Source of the DNA: Pasteurella multocida
Lineage (GTDB): Bacteria; Pseudomonadota; Gammaproteobacteria; Enterobacterales; Pasteurellaceae
Length of the DNA stretch: 32,000 nt
Direction of reading: 5' to 3'
Assembly: GCF_900187275.1 (NCBI RefSeq)
Contig: NZ_LT906458.1
Span: 1,260,001 to 1,292,000 of the forward strand
Positions 20,834 to 32,000 of the stretch are shown piece by piece. Under the pieces are notes generated by a model. The model searched no databases. It was given only the letters and a program-made list of their open reading frames with translations, and was not told where the DNA came from. Both the position numbers and the translations under genes were made by a program. Positions within the stretch are counted from its first letter, which is position 1, and every line of letters begins with the position of its first letter.

Positions 20834-21184
20834 ATGGCTGAAGAAACGATTTTCAGTAAAATCATTCGTCAAGAAATTCCAGCGAATATTGTTTACCAAG
20901 ATGAATTGGTCACGGCCTTTCGTGATATTTCACCACAAGCAAAAACTCACATTCTGATTATTCCAAACAAGCTCATTCCTACGGTTAACGACGTTACCGC
21001 GCAAGATGAAATCAGTTTAGGTCGCCTTTTTACTGTGGCGGCGAAGCTTGCCAAAGACGAAGGCATTGCAGAAGACGGCTACCGCTTAATTGTGAACTGT
21101 AATAAACATGGTGGACAAGAAGTCTTTCATTTGCACATGCACCTCGTGGGTGGTGAACCACTTGGTAGAATGTTGGCAAAATAA
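20834..21184 (+). CDS. hinT: HIT family purine nucleoside phosphoramidase
   Basis: [42 protein letters not shown] and [13 protein letters not shown] (HxHxH motif). Confidence 0.95.
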   Translation: MAEETIFSKIIRQEIPANIVYQDELVTAFRDISPQAKTHILIIPNKLIPTVNDVTAQDEISLGRLFTVAAKLAKDEGIAEDGYRLIVNCNKHGGQEVFHLHMHLVGGEPLGRMLAK

Positions 21185-21534
21185 TGAAAAAACTGACCGC
21201 TCTTTTCATCTCAAGCTATCTGCTGGCGGGTTGTGGTTCTCACCAATCCGTGAATCTGCTACATACACATCAGCCTATCTTGAATATTGAGGCGGATGCG
21301 CATCAGTTAGTTGAAGCACATGTTTCGCCAACACTCGCTTGGGTTAAAAATAAATATGCTACGCCTATACAATTAACTTACCAAGTATTTTGGTATGACA
21401 AACAGGGCGTCAGTCAAGCGACCACCCTGTCAGATAACCCATTAGGCTTGCAAGGGCATGAAAAATACATTATTCCGTTAAATAAACCCACTGCAGAAAG
21501 CCAAAACTACCGTTTATATCTGCGCTTAAAATAA
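21184..21534 (+). CDS. YcfL-family lipoprotein
   Basis: Lipobox LLAGCGSHQ at N-terminus; placed between hinT and nagZ as in enterobacteria; start overlaps hinT stop (TAATG). Confidence 0.78.
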   Translation: MKKLTALFISSYLLAGCGSHQSVNLLHTHQPILNIEADAHQLVEAHVSPTLAWVKNKYATPIQLTYQVFWYDKQGVSQATTLSDNPLGLQGHEKYIIPLNKPTAESQNYRLYLRLK

Positions 21535-21542
21535 GGTCTTTT

Positions 21543-22598
21543 ATGTCAACACTATTGATCGATTTACAAGGTCAAGAACTTAGCCAAGAAGAAGTCGAAC
21601 TGTTATCACATCCTTTAGTAGCAGGGCTCATTTTATTTACACGGAATTTCCATGATCGCGCCCAAATGCAAGCGCTGATCCAATCGATTCGTCAACGCGT
21701 CAAGAAGCCGTTGTTGATTACGGTGGATCAAGAAGGTGGACGGGTTCAGCGTTTTCGTGAAGGTTTCACCCAACTTCCTGCTATGCAAGCCTTTGCCTGT
21801 TTAATCGATGATCCTGTACAACAAACAAACATGGCACAGCAAGCTGGGTGGCAAATGGCAGCAGAAATGACCGCACTTGGTATTGATCTCAGCTTTGCGC
21901 CTGTTTTAGATTTAGGACATCAATGTCAAGCCATTGGCGACCGCAGTTTTCATTCACAAGCAGAAATGACACTCAACCTTGCCAGCGCCTTTATTGACGG
22001 TATGCATCAAGTGGGAATGGCCGCCACGGGTAAGCATTTTCCGGGTCATGGTCATGTGATTGCAGATTCACATTTAGAAACGCCTTATGATGAACGTCCA
22101 AAACAACAGATCTTTGCGCAAGATATTCAGCCATTCCAGCAGTTGATTCAACAAAATATGCTCGATGCCATCATGCCTGCACATGTGATTTATAGCCAAT
22201 GCGATCCTCAACCTGCGAGTGGTTCTGCATATTGGTTAAAACAGGTACTACGCCAACAACTTGGCTTTAACGGTGCTATTTTCTCTGATGATCTCGGTAT
22301 GAAAGGCGCCGGCTTTATGGGGGATTTTGTGCAACGTTGTGAGCAATCTTTGCAGGCGGGTTGTGATTTACTGTTACTGTGTAATGAAAGAGAAGGCGTT
22401 ATCCAAGTGTTAGATAATTTAAAACTTTCTGAAACAGAGCCGCACTTTGCCCTACGTCAACAACGTTTACAGCAGCTTTTCAAACGTAAAACTATTCGTT
22501 GGTCTGAATTGGAAGCCACTTCACGTTGGTTAGAAAATCGCAAAATATTGACCGCACTTCAACAACGCTGGCTTGATAACAAAGCCAACAAACATTAA
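21543..22598 (+). CDS. nagZ: Beta-N-acetylhexosaminidase
   Basis: [49 protein letters not shown]: GH3 NagZ signatures. Confidence 0.97.
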   Translation: MSTLLIDLQGQELSQEEVELLSHPLVAGLILFTRNFHDRAQMQALIQSIRQRVKKPLLITVDQEGGRVQRFREGFTQLPAMQAFACLIDDPVQQTNMAQQAGWQMAAEMTALGIDLSFAPVLDLGHQCQAIGDRSFHSQAEMTLNLASAFIDGMHQVGMAATGKHFPGHGHVIADSHLETPYDERPKQQIFAQDIQPFQQLIQQNMLDAIMPAHVIYSQCDPQPASGSAYWLKQVLRQQLGFNGAIFSDDLGMKGAGFMGDFVQRCEQSLQAGCDLLLLCNEREGVIQVLDNLKLSETEPHFALRQQRLQQLFKRKTIRWSELEATSRWLENRKILTALQQRWLDNKANKH

Positions 22599-22604
22599 TT
22601 AATT

Positions 22605-23795
22605 ATGTCATCTCCTTCTACTTCTTTTGCGTTGCCTTGTCAGCATTATCAACGTGGCGATTGTCGTTCTTGTCAATGGCTGGCGACGCCTTACTCAACA
22701 CAGCTTGCGAAAAAACAGCAACATCTGCAACAGCAACTCCGAAAGCTGGATTGTACACAAATTCAATGGCAAGCACCTTATACTTCAATACTGCAAGGAT
22801 TTCGTAATAAAGCCAAAATGGCAGTCAGTGGGATGGTAGAACGACCGATATTAAGTCACCCACAAAGTGAGGCGGACTTAACCGATTGCCCACTCTACCC
22901 AGCTCATTTTACAAACATCTTTACGATTTTAAGAGATTTCATTGCACGAGCAGGCTTAGTCCCCTATAACATTCAAAAACAAAAAGGGGAACTGAAATAT
23001 ATTTTGTTAACAGAAAGCCAACTTGATGGCGGTTTAATGTTACGCTTCGTGCTCCGTTCAGAAAAAAAATTGCCTTTAGTTCAGCGCGAACTGCCTGGGT
23101 TATTAGCCAAATTGCCACAATTAAAAGTGGTCAGTTTAAATATTCAACCGCAACATGCCGCCATTTTAGAAGGGGAAAAAGAGATTTTTCTCACGGAACA
23201 ACACACGCTAGAAGAGTGTTTTAATCAGATTCCGTTATTCATTCGCCCACAAGGCTTTTTCCAAACCAATCCACAAGTAGCACAAGGGCTATATGGCACT
23301 GCGCAACATTGGGTACAAGAGCTACCCGTTCACAGGCTATGGGATTTATTTTGTGGTGTTGGAGGTTTTGGCTTACATTGTGCACAAGCCTTACAAGCCC
23401 AATACCCTGATCGCATAATTCAATTAACCGGTATTGAGATTTCCGCCTCAGCCATTGAAGCCGCAACACTCTCGGCACAAAAATTAGGCTTAAAGCAGGT
23501 AAAGTTTCAATCTTTAGATGCTAAACATTTCGCCTTAGCACAATCTCCCGCGGCACAAGACGACACACCCGAACTTGTGATCGTTAACCCTCCTCGTCGT
23601 GGCATTGGTATAGAACTGGCACAATTTCTCAATCAACTCGCACCGCACTTTATTTTGTATTCCAGTTGTAATGCAGAAACCATGGGAAAAGATGTCCTCC
23701 ACTTGAGCGATTATCAACTGAAAAAAGTACAGTTATTTGATATGTTCCCACATACTTCTCATTATGAAGTGCTGTGTTTACTGGAACGAAAATAA
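22605..23795 (+). CDS. rlmC: 23S rRNA (uracil(747)-C(5))-methyltransferase RlmC
   Basis: N-terminal Fe-S type cysteines [17 protein letters not shown] motif [14 protein letters not shown], catalytic [12 protein letters not shown]. About 396 aa fits RlmC better than RlmD. Confidence 0.92.
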   Translation: MSSPSTSFALPCQHYQRGDCRSCQWLATPYSTQLAKKQQHLQQQLRKLDCTQIQWQAPYTSILQGFRNKAKMAVSGMVERPILSHPQSEADLTDCPLYPAHFTNIFTILRDFIARAGLVPYNIQKQKGELKYILLTESQLDGGLMLRFVLRSEKKLPLVQRELPGLLAKLPQLKVVSLNIQPQHAAILEGEKEIFLTEQHTLEECFNQIPLFIRPQGFFQTNPQVAQGLYGTAQHWVQELPVHRLWDLFCGVGGFGLHCAQALQAQYPDRIIQLTGIEISASAIEAATLSAQKLGLKQVKFQSLDAKHFALAQSPAAQDDTPELVIVNPPRRGIGIELAQFLNQLAPHFILYSSCNAETMGKDVLHLSDYQLKKVQLFDMFPHTSHYEVLCLLERK

Positions 23796-23838
23796 ATGTG
23801 TTTATCTGTCTTACAAGACCGATTTTTTAAGGACATAA

Positions 23839-23866
23839 AAAAACGGTGGAGTCTTCCACCGTTTTT
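23839..23866. terminator. Bidirectional intrinsic terminator between rlmC and pfkA
   Basis: AAAAACGGTGGA-GTCT-TCCACCGTTTTT perfect 12-bp arms. Confidence 0.9.
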
Positions 23867-23887
23867 CCTTCAATATCATTCAACAGA

Positions 23888-24853
23888 TTAGTCTAAACGT
23901 TTTGATAATGCTAACCAATCCGCTTTAAATTCACGGCGCATATTGTTGATTGCATCAATAATATCGTGGTGAACTAATTGTTCATTTTGAATACCAACGC
24001 AATAGCCACCTTTACCTTGCATTAATAAATCAACCGCATAAACGCCCATACGTGAACCTAAAATACGGTCAAATGCGCAAGGCGTACCGCCACGTTGAAT
24101 ATGACCTAAAATGGTAGCACGAGTTTCATGTTTCACACGCGATTCAATTTCACGGGCTAATTCATTCACATCACAAATTAACTCAGTAATTGCAATAATG
24201 GCATGACGTTTACCTTTGATAATACTGCGCTCAATCTGTTGAATTAACTCTTCACGGTTAAATTCTACTTCCGATGCCACAATATACTCACAACCACCAG
24301 CAATACCCGCTGAAATAGCTAAATCACTACAATGACGTCCCATGATTTCAACAATCGAAATACGTTGGTGCGAGCTTGAGGTATCGCGTAAACGGTCAAT
24401 GGCTTCGACGGCTGTCTGTAACGCGGTTTGATAACCGATAGTGTAGTCTGTCCCTGCCACATCGTTATCAATCGTACCCGGGATACCGACACAAGGGAAA
24501 CCATGTTCTTCCGTCAGTAATTTTGCCCCCATGTAAGAACCGTCCCCACCAATCACCACAAGTGCATCAATACCATGGGAACGTAAAATTTCAGCACATT
24601 TAGCGCGAACCGCAGGATCTTTAAATTCAGGAAAACGCGCCGATCCTAAAAAAGTACCGCCGCGGTTAATAATGTCGGAAACACTATAACGGGTCATTTG
24701 TTTCACTTTATTATGATATAACCCATAATAGCCTTCATAAATACCGTATACTTCTAATCCTGCCGCAAGTGCTGAACGAACCACGCCGCGAATGGCGGCA
24801 TTCATGCCCGGTGCGTCACCACCACTGGTTAATACTGCTATTTTTTTTATCAT
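23888..24853 (-). CDS. pfkA: 6-phosphofructokinase
   Basis: [66 protein letters not shown]. Confidence 0.98.
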
Positions 24854-24947
24854 ATATTAAACCTTCTAAATAAAAATGAATCCAAAATCGTCGCTAAGAT
24901 TACACTATTCATACAAACTGCTCTAGCAAAATTTATGAAAAATCCTA

Positions 24948-25862
24948 CTACATTTGATCTAGCTTAGCATTTTCTAATTTTTCGGCTTGTACTACGCTTG
25001 TTGGCTCATGATGAATCACGATATCGACTCGTGCAAACGCCTGACGAAGTCGTTGTTCAAGTTGTTCGGTAATATCGTGTGCTTCTAAAAAAGACAAATG
25101 ATCATCGAGCTCTAAATCAAACTGGACAAAGCGAATGGCGCCTGACTGACGAGTACGCAAATCATGAAACCCTAAAATACGTTTATCTGACAAAATGATT
25201 TGTTCGATTTGACGAATTTCTGCTTCAGGTAACGCTCGATCCAACAGTAATTGTACCGCTTCAAATAACATTTTTAGTGCACTGACCAAAATATAAACCG
25301 CAATGATAATTGCCCCAATTGCATCCGCCAGAATAAAATCAAACGCAGTGAACACGAGAGAAATCAAAATCGCTACATTCATGTAGATATCAGTTTGGTA
25401 ATGTAAACGATCCGCTTTAATCGCCGGACTACCCGTTTTATGAATAATGCGACTTTGGTAATACACTAACGCGGAAGTGATCACAATCGAAAACCAAATG
25501 ACGGCAATCCCTAGAGTTTGATTGGTTAACGGTTGAGGATCATTAAAACGATGAATCCCTTGCAGGAGGAGAAAAACCGCGGAGCCAGAGATAAAGGCGC
25601 TTTGAATTAATGAAGCAAGAGATTCCGCCTTACCATGACCAAATGAGTGATTATCATCTGCTGGCATTAAGGCAAAACGTAAAATCAGCATATTTAAAAA
25701 GGAAGCCGCTAAATCCAAGGTGGAATCAACAATAGATGCCAACATGCTCACAGAGCCTGTTTCCCACCATGCAAATCCCTTCACCAGAATCAACATTAAA
25801 GCAGTATAGACCGCACAATTTGCCGCTTTTTTCACTTGTGAAGAATAGCTTTTTTCTTCCAT
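24948..25862 (-). CDS. fieF: Cation diffusion facilitator (FieF/YiiP-like ferrous iron/zinc efflux)
   Basis: SMLASIVDSTLDLAASFLNML, DDNHSFGHGKAESLASL, HYQTDIYMNVAIL, HDLRTRQSG: CDF family metal site motifs. Confidence 0.92.
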   Translation of the reverse strand: MEEKSYSSQVKKAANCAVYTALMLILVKGFAWWETGSVSMLASIVDSTLDLAASFLNMLILRFALMPADDNHSFGHGKAESLASLIQSAFISGSAVFLLLQGIHRFNDPQPLTNQTLGIAVIWFSIVITSALVYYQSRIIHKTGSPAIKADRLHYQTDIYMNVAILISLVFTAFDFILADAIGAIIIAVYILVSALKMLFEAVQLLLDRALPEAEIRQIEQIILSDKRILGFHDLRTRQSGAIRFVQFDLELDDHLSFLEAHDITEQLEQRLRQAFARVDIVIHHEPTSVVQAEKLENAKLDQM

Positions 25863-26429
25863 CTATGCACACATCCATTGCCAAGCCACTTGTTTAATGT
25901 GCTTCATTTCTTTCTCTACTACATACTTTTTCAAATAACGAATCACTTTTTCATTTTTCATGTGGCGCAATTTTTTGCTTTTCGGAATTTTTAATGAATA
26001 TTGGTATTGCACAAATCCACAGCCCGCAATGCCTTTTCCTTTTGCTACATCGACTTGCCAATCATTATTTTTCACTGTCGGTTCATAGATGACAAAAGAA
26101 TACAGGGTTTCCTGTTGTTGCTGTAATTTAAAATGTTTGACCCCAGTATTTTTATAGACACGTTGACGCAATGCGATACGATCATCTAAGCTGACTTGCA
26201 TGGGATTACGATCAAATAACAATTCCACCGCACTTTTCCAATTTTCTACACTTTCCCCTTCTTCTAAATAAAAGAAACGGGCAAGATTCCCCAAATCTTG
26301 TTGCGTGGCTAAAGTATAGGTGTGTTGATTATGGGTAATCTGCTGCGGTGCCACTAATTGCGGTTTGCTGGCACAGCCTGAAAGTAACAGCCCAATCAGT
26401 GCAGTTAATATGAAGAGAATTTTTTGCAT
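25863..26429 (-). CDS. Putative lipoprotein of unknown function
   Basis: MQKILFILTALIGLLLSGCASKPQ signal peptide with lipobox LSGC. Likely ATG at 26429 rather than ORF start 26489, which overlaps yaaA. Confidence 0.75.
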   Translation of the reverse strand: MQKILFILTALIGLLLSGCASKPQLVAPQQITHNQHTYTLATQQDLGNLARFFYLEEGESVENWKSAVELLFDRNPMQVSLDDRIALRQRVYKNTGVKHFKLQQQQETLYSFVIYEPTVKNNDWQVDVAKGKGIAGCGFVQYQYSLKIPKSKKLRHMKNEKVIRYLKKYVVEKEMKHIKQVAWQWMCA

Positions 26430-26430
26430 A

Positions 26431-27207
26431 CTATTCCGCCACATCACGTTTAAATACGAACTCGGTTTCACTTGAACTCGTTGGATCAAACCAATACCCG
26501 CCTAAATCAAACCCTTTTAATTGTTCCACCTCGCTTAAACGATTTTGAATAATATAGCGACACATTAAACCGCGTGCTTTTTTGGCATAGAAACTGATGA
26601 CTTTGTATTTGCCATTTTTATTATCTAAAAACACAGGCTTAATGATCCTTGCATTCAATTGGCTTTCTTTTACTGATTTATAATATTCATCCGAGGCTAA
26701 ATTCACTAAAACATTATCGCCCTGTGCCTCGATCGCTTGCTGTAAAGTATCGGTAATCACATTTCCCCAAAAAGCATAAAGATCTTTCCCTTTGCTATTC
26801 ACCAGTTTTGTCCCCATTTCCAAACGGTAAGGTTGCATGAGATCAAGTGGCTTTAATAAACCATACAAGCCGGACAACATACGTAAATGTTGTTGGGCAA
26901 ATAACACATCCTGCTGCGATAAACTTTCAACGTCTAATCCGGTATATACATCGCCTTTAAACACATAAATTGCCGCGCGAGAGTTTTGTTCCGTATGCGC
27001 TTTTTGCCACTCTGCAAAGCGGGCAAAATTTAAGCCAGCTAACTTGTCGCTAATCGACATCAACGAGCCGATCTCCGCAGGCGAAAGCTGACGGCAGACA
27101 TCAATTAATTGGGCACTATACTCTGTTAACTGCGGTTGAGAAAATTCAAATTTTGGTACCGCACTTTCAAAATCTAAGGTTTTGGCTGGAGAAATAATGG
27201 CTAACAT
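26431..27207 (-). CDS. yaaA: Peroxide stress response protein YaaA (DUF328/UPF0246)
   Basis: [67 protein letters not shown]. Confidence 0.96.
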   Translation of the reverse strand: MLAIISPAKTLDFESAVPKFEFSQPQLTEYSAQLIDVCRQLSPAEIGSLMSISDKLAGLNFARFAEWQKAHTEQNSRAAIYVFKGDVYTGLDVESLSQQDVLFAQQHLRMLSGLYGLLKPLDLMQPYRLEMGTKLVNSKGKDLYAFWGNVITDTLQQAIEAQGDNVLVNLASDEYYKSVKESQLNARIIKPVFLDNKNGKYKVISFYAKKARGLMCRYIIQNRLSEVEQLKGFDLGGYWFDPTSSSETEFVFKRDVAE

Positions 27208-27234
27208 AATGTTCTTTCCTGAATAACGTTGAGA

Positions 27235-27915
27235 TTAAAGCGAAGCTAATTGCCATTGAATTGGCGATAGCCCTTGCGCCATTAGATAGGCATTGGTTTT
27301 GGAAAAATGACGACAACCTAAAAAACCACGATGGGCAGAGAGTGGCGAAGGATGTGGCGCAGTGAAGACGCAATGTTTTTGCCGATCAATAAATTGCCCT
27401 TTTTTCTGTGCATGACTCCCCCAAAGCAAAAACACCAACTTCTCACGTTGTGCATTTAAGGCTGCTATCACACGATCAGTAAAGGTTTCCCAACCAAAAC
27501 TAGCATGCGAATGCGCCTTACCTTGTTCTACCGTTAACACAGTATTTAACAGCAAAACTCCTTGTTCCGCCCAAGGCACTAAGTAGCCATGATTGGGGAT
27601 CTGAAAGCCTTCAATATCTTGTGTTAATTCTTTATACATATTCATCAAGGAAGGCGGTGGTACCACACCTGGTTTAACAGAAAACGCCAACCCATGTGCT
27701 TGATTGGGACCATGATAAGGATCTTGACCAATAATCACCACTTTTACAGCTTCAAATTCAGTCAACTGAAAAGCACTAAACACCTCTTGCGGGGGAGGAT
27801 AGACAATTTTACCTGATGCTCTAGCCTGATGAACCTGATCTAAAATATGTTTAAAATAAGGTTGTGTTTTCTCAGTACCAATCACATCTTTCCACGTCTT
27901 CATTTTTTCCTCCAA
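27235..27915 (-). CDS. ung: Uracil-DNA glycosylase
   Basis: [67 protein letters not shown]. Confidence 0.97.
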   Translation of the reverse strand: MEEKMKTWKDVIGTEKTQPYFKHILDQVHQARASGKIVYPPPQEVFSAFQLTEFEAVKVVIIGQDPYHGPNQAHGLAFSVKPGVVPPPSLMNMYKELTQDIEGFQIPNHGYLVPWAEQGVLLLNTVLTVEQGKAHSHASFGWETFTDRVIAALNAQREKLVFLLWGSHAQKKGQFIDRQKHCVFTAPHPSPLSAHRGFLGCRHFSKTNAYLMAQGLSPIQWQLASL

Positions 27916-28039
27916 TTGTTGAGTTTCCGATTATAAAGAACTTCCTATAAAATTGACAGTTATTGCATGCAGATTGTTAAATAAATGTTTATTTATTGTT
28001 AAATAAAAGATGTTTAAAATCATAACGTTACAACATTTA

Positions 28040-28053
28040 TTGATCTAAATCAA
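28040..28053 (+). promoter_or_regulatory. FNR box upstream of grcA
   Basis: TTGATCTAAATCAA is an exact match to TTGATNNNNATCAA in the leader of an anaerobically induced gene family member. Confidence 0.8.
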
Positions 28054-28178
28054 AATTTGAAAATTAACCTATAAAAACCCTTTGTTCTAGGTCAAAACGA
28101 TTTGAAATCATCAAAAATTTTGATAAAATTCTGACCAATTTACACTGATTAACAAATCGCCAACTTAGGAGGCAGACA

Positions 28179-28562
28179 ATGATTAAAGGTATTCAAATTA
28201 CCCAAGCGGCTAATGACAATTTATTAAACTCATTTTGGTTATTAGATAGCGAAAAAGGTGAAGCGCGTTGTTTATGTGCTAAAGGTGACTTCGTTGAAGA
28301 TCAAATCGTTGCAGTAAGTGAATTAGGTCAAATCGAATATCGCGAATTACCAGTTGATATCGCCCCAACAGTCAAAGTAGAAGGTGGTCAACACTTAAAC
28401 GTTAACGTATTACGCCGCGAAACCTTAGAAGATGCGGTCAATAACCCAGAAAAATACCCACAATTAACAATCCGTGTTTCAGGTTACGCTGTACGTTTCA
28501 ACTCATTAACACCTGAACAACAACGTGATGTGATTACTCGTACATTCACACAAAGTCTATAA
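28179..28562 (+). CDS. grcA: Autonomous glycyl radical cofactor (YfiD)
   Basis: [35 protein letters not shown]... plus PFL-like tail [16 protein letters not shown]...[32 protein letters not shown]. Confidence 0.97.
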   Translation: MIKGIQITQAANDNLLNSFWLLDSEKGEARCLCAKGDFVEDQIVAVSELGQIEYRELPVDIAPTVKVEGGQHLNVNVLRRETLEDAVNNPEKYPQLTIRVSGYAVRFNSLTPEQQRDVITRTFTQSL

Positions 28563-28584
28563 TTGACATCCATTTGCCCCTTGA

Positions 28585-28617
28585 AAAAACACCTCGAGAT
28601 AAAAACGAGGTGTTTTT
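28585..28617 (+). terminator. Intrinsic terminator downstream of grcA
   Basis: AAAAACACCTCG-N9-CGAGGTGTTTTT followed by G and a further T run. Confidence 0.88.
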
Positions 28618-28793
28618 GTTTTTGTACAGCTATTTCTGTGCCCTCACTTGACTTCATAAAGAACAGTGCTTGAGATAAAAAATTTACACCAATTTCAGTG
28701 CGTGTTTACGCTATTGCTAGCGAATTCATCAATATTCAGGTAAAATCTGGCAGTTTAACTTTATCCAATTTTTATACATAAATTGATTTTCAT

Positions 28794-30590
28794 ATGAAGA
28801 ATATACGTAACTTTTCTATTATTGCACACATTGACCACGGTAAATCGACACTCTCTGACCGCCTTATTCAAACTTGCGGTGGCTTATCTGATCGTGAAAT
28901 GGAAGCCCAAGTGTTGGATTCCATGGATCTTGAACGTGAACGTGGGATCACGATCAAAGCACAAAGTGTGACCTTAAACTACAAAGCGAAAGATGGCGAA
29001 ACCTATCAATTAAATTTCATCGATACGCCAGGTCACGTTGACTTCTCTTATGAAGTATCGCGTTCTTTAGCCGCTTGTGAAGGCGCATTATTAGTGGTGG
29101 ATGCGGGACAAGGTGTCGAGGCACAAACTTTAGCTAACTGCTATACCGCAATTGAAATGAATTTAGAGGTGGTGCCGATTTTAAACAAAATCGACTTGCC
29201 CGCAGCAGATCCTGAACGCGTTGCAGAAGAAATTGAAGACATTGTCGGTATTGACGCGATGGAAGCGGTGCGCTGTTCAGCAAAAACCGGTGTGGGTATT
29301 GAAGATGTGTTGGAAGAAATTGTGCATAAAATCCCTGCACCCGAAGGGGATCCGAATGCACCATTACAAGCCTTGATTATCGACTCGTGGTTTGATAACT
29401 ACTTAGGCGTAGTATCTTTAGTGCGCATTAAAAACGGCACATTACGCAAAGGCGATAAAATCAAAGTGATGTCTACAGGACAATCTTACAATGTGGATCG
29501 TCTTGGTATTTTCACCCCAAAACAAGTCGATACCACCATTTTAAATTGTGGTGAAGTGGGTTGGGTGGTGTGCGCCATTAAAGATATTTTAGGGGCACCC
29601 GTGGGTGATACGCTTACTTCGCACAACAATCCAGCTTCTTCTGTCCTGCCGGGTTTTAAGAAAGTTAAGCCACAGGTGTATGCCGGTTTATTCCCAATTA
29701 GCTCTGATGATTATGAAGCATTCCGTGATGCGCTCGGTAAACTTAGTCTAAACGATGCGTCATTATTCTATGAACCTGAAAACTCCACCGCACTTGGTTT
29801 CGGTTTCCGTTGTGGTTTCTTAGGACTTCTCCACATGGAGATTATTCAAGAGCGTTTAGAGCGCGAATACGATCTTGATCTGATTACCACAGCACCGACA
29901 GTAGTGTATGAAGTGGAAAAAACCGACGGTGAAGTGATTTATGTGGATAGCCCATCAAAATTACCGCCACTCAACAACATTACGGAGATTCGTGAACCGA
30001 TTGCAGAATGTAACATGCTGTTACCACAAACCTACTTAGGTAACGTCATTACGCTCTGTGTAGAAAAACGCGGTGTACAAACCAATATGGTTTACCATGG
30101 TAACCAAGTGGCATTGACCTATGAAATCCCAATGGGCGAAGTGGTACTGGATTTCTTCGACCGCTTAAAATCGACTTCTCGTGGTTATGCTTCCTTAGAT
30201 TATGGTTTCAAACGTTTCCAAGCCGCCGATATGGTACGTGTCGACATTATGATCAATGGTGAGCGTGTCGATGCGTTAGCGTTAATCGTGCATAAAGATA
30301 ATGCACCTTATCGTGGTCGTGAATTAGTGGAGAAAATGCGTGAACTCATTCCACGTCAACAATTTGATATTGCGATTCAAGCGGCGATTGGTAACCACAT
30401 TATTGCCCGTTCTACCGTCAAACAATTACGTAAAAACGTATTAGCAAAATGTTATGGTGGTGACGTTAGCCGTAAGAAAAAACTCTTACAGAAACAAAAA
30501 GAAGGTAAAAAACGCATGAAGTCTTTGGGTAACGTCGAAGTACCACAAGAAGCCTTCTTAGCGATTTTACATGTCGGAAAAGACAAATAA
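28794..30590 (+). CDS. lepA: Elongation factor 4 (LepA)
   Basis: [57 protein letters not shown]; LepA C-terminus [25 protein letters not shown]. Confidence 0.99.
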   Translation: MKNIRNFSIIAHIDHGKSTLSDRLIQTCGGLSDREMEAQVLDSMDLERERGITIKAQSVTLNYKAKDGETYQLNFIDTPGHVDFSYEVSRSLAACEGALLVVDAGQGVEAQTLANCYTAIEMNLEVVPILNKIDLPAADPERVAEEIEDIVGIDAMEAVRCSAKTGVGIEDVLEEIVHKIPAPEGDPNAPLQALIIDSWFDNYLGVVSLVRIKNGTLRKGDKIKVMSTGQSYNVDRLGIFTPKQVDTTILNCGEVGWVVCAIKDILGAPVGDTLTSHNNPASSVLPGFKKVKPQVYAGLFPISSDDYEAFRDALGKLSLNDASLFYEPENSTALGFGFRCGFLGLLHMEIIQERLEREYDLDLITTAPTVVYEVEKTDGEVIYVDSPSKLPPLNNITEIREPIAECNMLLPQTYLGNVITLCVEKRGVQTNMVYHGNQVALTYEIPMGEVVLDFFDRLKSTSRGYASLDYGFKRFQAADMVRVDIMINGERVDALALIVHKDNAPYRGRELVEKMRELIPRQQFDIAIQAAIGNHIIARSTVKQLRKNVLAKCYGGDVSRKKKLLQKQKEGKKRMKSLGNVEVPQEAFLAILHVGKDK

Positions 30591-30608
30591 GGAACATCAG
30601 GAAATACT

Positions 30609-31631
30609 ATGTCTAACTTCTTCCTCATTCTATTGTTAGTAGCAGGGTTCGGTGTCTGGAAAGTATTAGATTATTTTGCCTTACCTAACACGTTTTCCAT
30701 CTTGCTTATTCTCTTGACCGTCATTTCTGGCGCCTTGTGGTGCTATTACCGTTTTACGGTCCAACCACGGCGCGCAAGACAAATTGCGCGTGCAGAACAA
30801 CGTTCTGGCAAAGCACTCAGCGATGAAGAAAAGGCTAAAATTGAACCCATCTCAGAAGGCGGAGAGTTTTTATCTTCACTGTTTCCGGTTCTCGCCTTTG
30901 TGTTAATTTTACGTTCCTTTTTGTTTGAACCCTTTCAAATTCCATCTTCATCAATGGAACCAACATTGCGTATTGGTGACTTTTTGGTAGTAAAAAAATA
31001 CACATACGGGATTAAAGATCCTGTGTTCCAAAACACGATAATTGAAACTGGCAAACCTGAACGTGGCGATATTATTGTGTTTAAAGCCCCGTTACAACCT
31101 AGCGTAGATTATATTAAACGTGTTGTCGGCGCACCGGGCGATAAAGTGCAATACAACGAATACACGCGTCAATTAACTTTAACCTATGCGAAAGACGGTC
31201 AAGAATGTCACAGTGACTGTGAAACAAAAATCTTTAGCTATACTGAGCCTAAAGAAAATCCCGACTTTCAGTTTCTGATTGGACGTGATCATAAAGGTGA
31301 ATATCTATATGGTCCTTCGCCGTTAGAAACCACCGAAACAGGCGATGTGTCTCACCAAATTCACTGGTATCCTGAACCAATTTCAGAAGGTTTTCGTTAT
31401 AAAGCCTACCGTTCACAAAGCAATTATGTGACAGAATGGGTCGTACCAGAAGGGCATTATTTTGTGATGGGCGACAATCGTAATAACAGTGAAGACAGCC
31501 GTTTTTGGGGCTTTGTCCCAGAGAAAAACATTGTGGGGAAAGCCACATATATTTGGTTGAGTTTAGATAAAAAACAAGATCAATGGCCAACAGGCGTCCG
31601 TTTTGAACGCTTTTTTACAGAAATTAAGTAA
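30609..31631 (+). CDS. lepB: Signal peptidase I
   Basis: PFQIPSSSMEPTLRIGDFLVVKKYTYG, GDIIVFKAP...DYIKRVVGAPGD, YFVMGDNRNNSEDSRFWGFVPE: Ser/Lys dyad and box E. Confidence 0.98.
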   Translation: MSNFFLILLLVAGFGVWKVLDYFALPNTFSILLILLTVISGALWCYYRFTVQPRRARQIARAEQRSGKALSDEEKAKIEPISEGGEFLSSLFPVLAFVLILRSFLFEPFQIPSSSMEPTLRIGDFLVVKKYTYGIKDPVFQNTIIETGKPERGDIIVFKAPLQPSVDYIKRVVGAPGDKVQYNEYTRQLTLTYAKDGQECHSDCETKIFSYTEPKENPDFQFLIGRDHKGEYLYGPSPLETTETGDVSHQIHWYPEPISEGFRYKAYRSQSNYVTEWVVPEGHYFVMGDNRNNSEDSRFWGFVPEKNIVGKATYIWLSLDKKQDQWPTGVRFERFFTEIK

Positions 31632-31637
31632 TAAGTA

Positions 31638-32000
31638 ATGACTCAAAATTTAGAACGTTTACAACGCCAGATTGGTTATCAATTTAACCAACCGGCGTTG
31701 CTTAAACAAGCATTAACACACCGCAGTGCCGCGGTTAAGCACAACGAGCGTCTTGAGTTTCTCGGCGATGCCATTTTAAATTTCATCATTGCTGAAGCAC
31801 TCTATCACCAGTTTCCCAAATGTAATGAAGGGGAATTAAGTCGTATGCGAGCCACGCTAGTACGTGAGCCGACGCTCGCGTCATTAGCTCGCCAATTTGA
31901 ATTGGGGGATTATTTATCGCTCGGACCGGGCGAATTAAAAAGCGGCGGTTTTCGTCGCGAGTCGATTCTAGCTGACTGTGTGGAAGCCATTATTGGCGCT
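31638..32000 (+). CDS. rnc: Ribonuclease III, 3' end outside window
   Basis: ATG at 31638: [55 protein letters not shown]... contains the RNase III signature [10 protein letters not shown]. Confidence 0.97.
   Translation, partial: MTQNLERLQRQIGYQFNQPALLKQALTHRSAAVKHNERLEFLGDAILNFIIAEALYHQFPKCNEGELSRMRATLVREPTLASLARQFELGDYLSLGPGELKSGGFRRESILADCVEAIIGA

Noticed and set aside
17185-28562. Recent duplication or gene conversion between pflB 3' end and grcA
   Set aside because: Nucleotide comparison by eye shows many synonymous differences, so similarity looks ancient and function-constrained.

Overview
This 32 kb window looks like conserved chromosomal backbone from a Pasteurellaceae genome. Gene content, gene order and AAGTGCGGT uptake signal sequences match Pasteurella multocida best. 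Genes supported, in order: MFS transporter (5' truncated), xerD, hpf/raiA-like, a Na+/alanine(glycine) symporter behind a tandem glycine riboswitch, a GNAT protein, yacG, coaE, a type IV pilus cluster (pilD-pilC-pilB-pilin ptfA), ampD, rppH, a TSUP permease, lgt, thyA, tadA, pflA, a GDSL esterase autotransporter, pflB, focA, a HIT protein, a YcfL-like lipoprotein, nagZ, rlmC, pfkA, fieF, a small lipoprotein, yaaA, ung, grcA, lepA, lepB and the start of rnc. I saw no prophage, transposon, CRISPR array, rRNA or tRNA, and no convincing undescribed multi-gene system. The signals worth a second look are mainly regulatory: (i) the glycine riboswitch with a candidate terminator platform; (ii) a CRP-S/Sxy-type competence site between ampD and the pilin gene; (iii) a 585-bp AT-rich intergenic region with two perfect DnaA boxes and an inverted repeat; (iv) a 10-bp-stem hairpin between focA and pflB; (v) a perfect FNR box upstream of grcA; (vi) a prepilin peptidase with no recognisable Cys-rich N-terminal domain.
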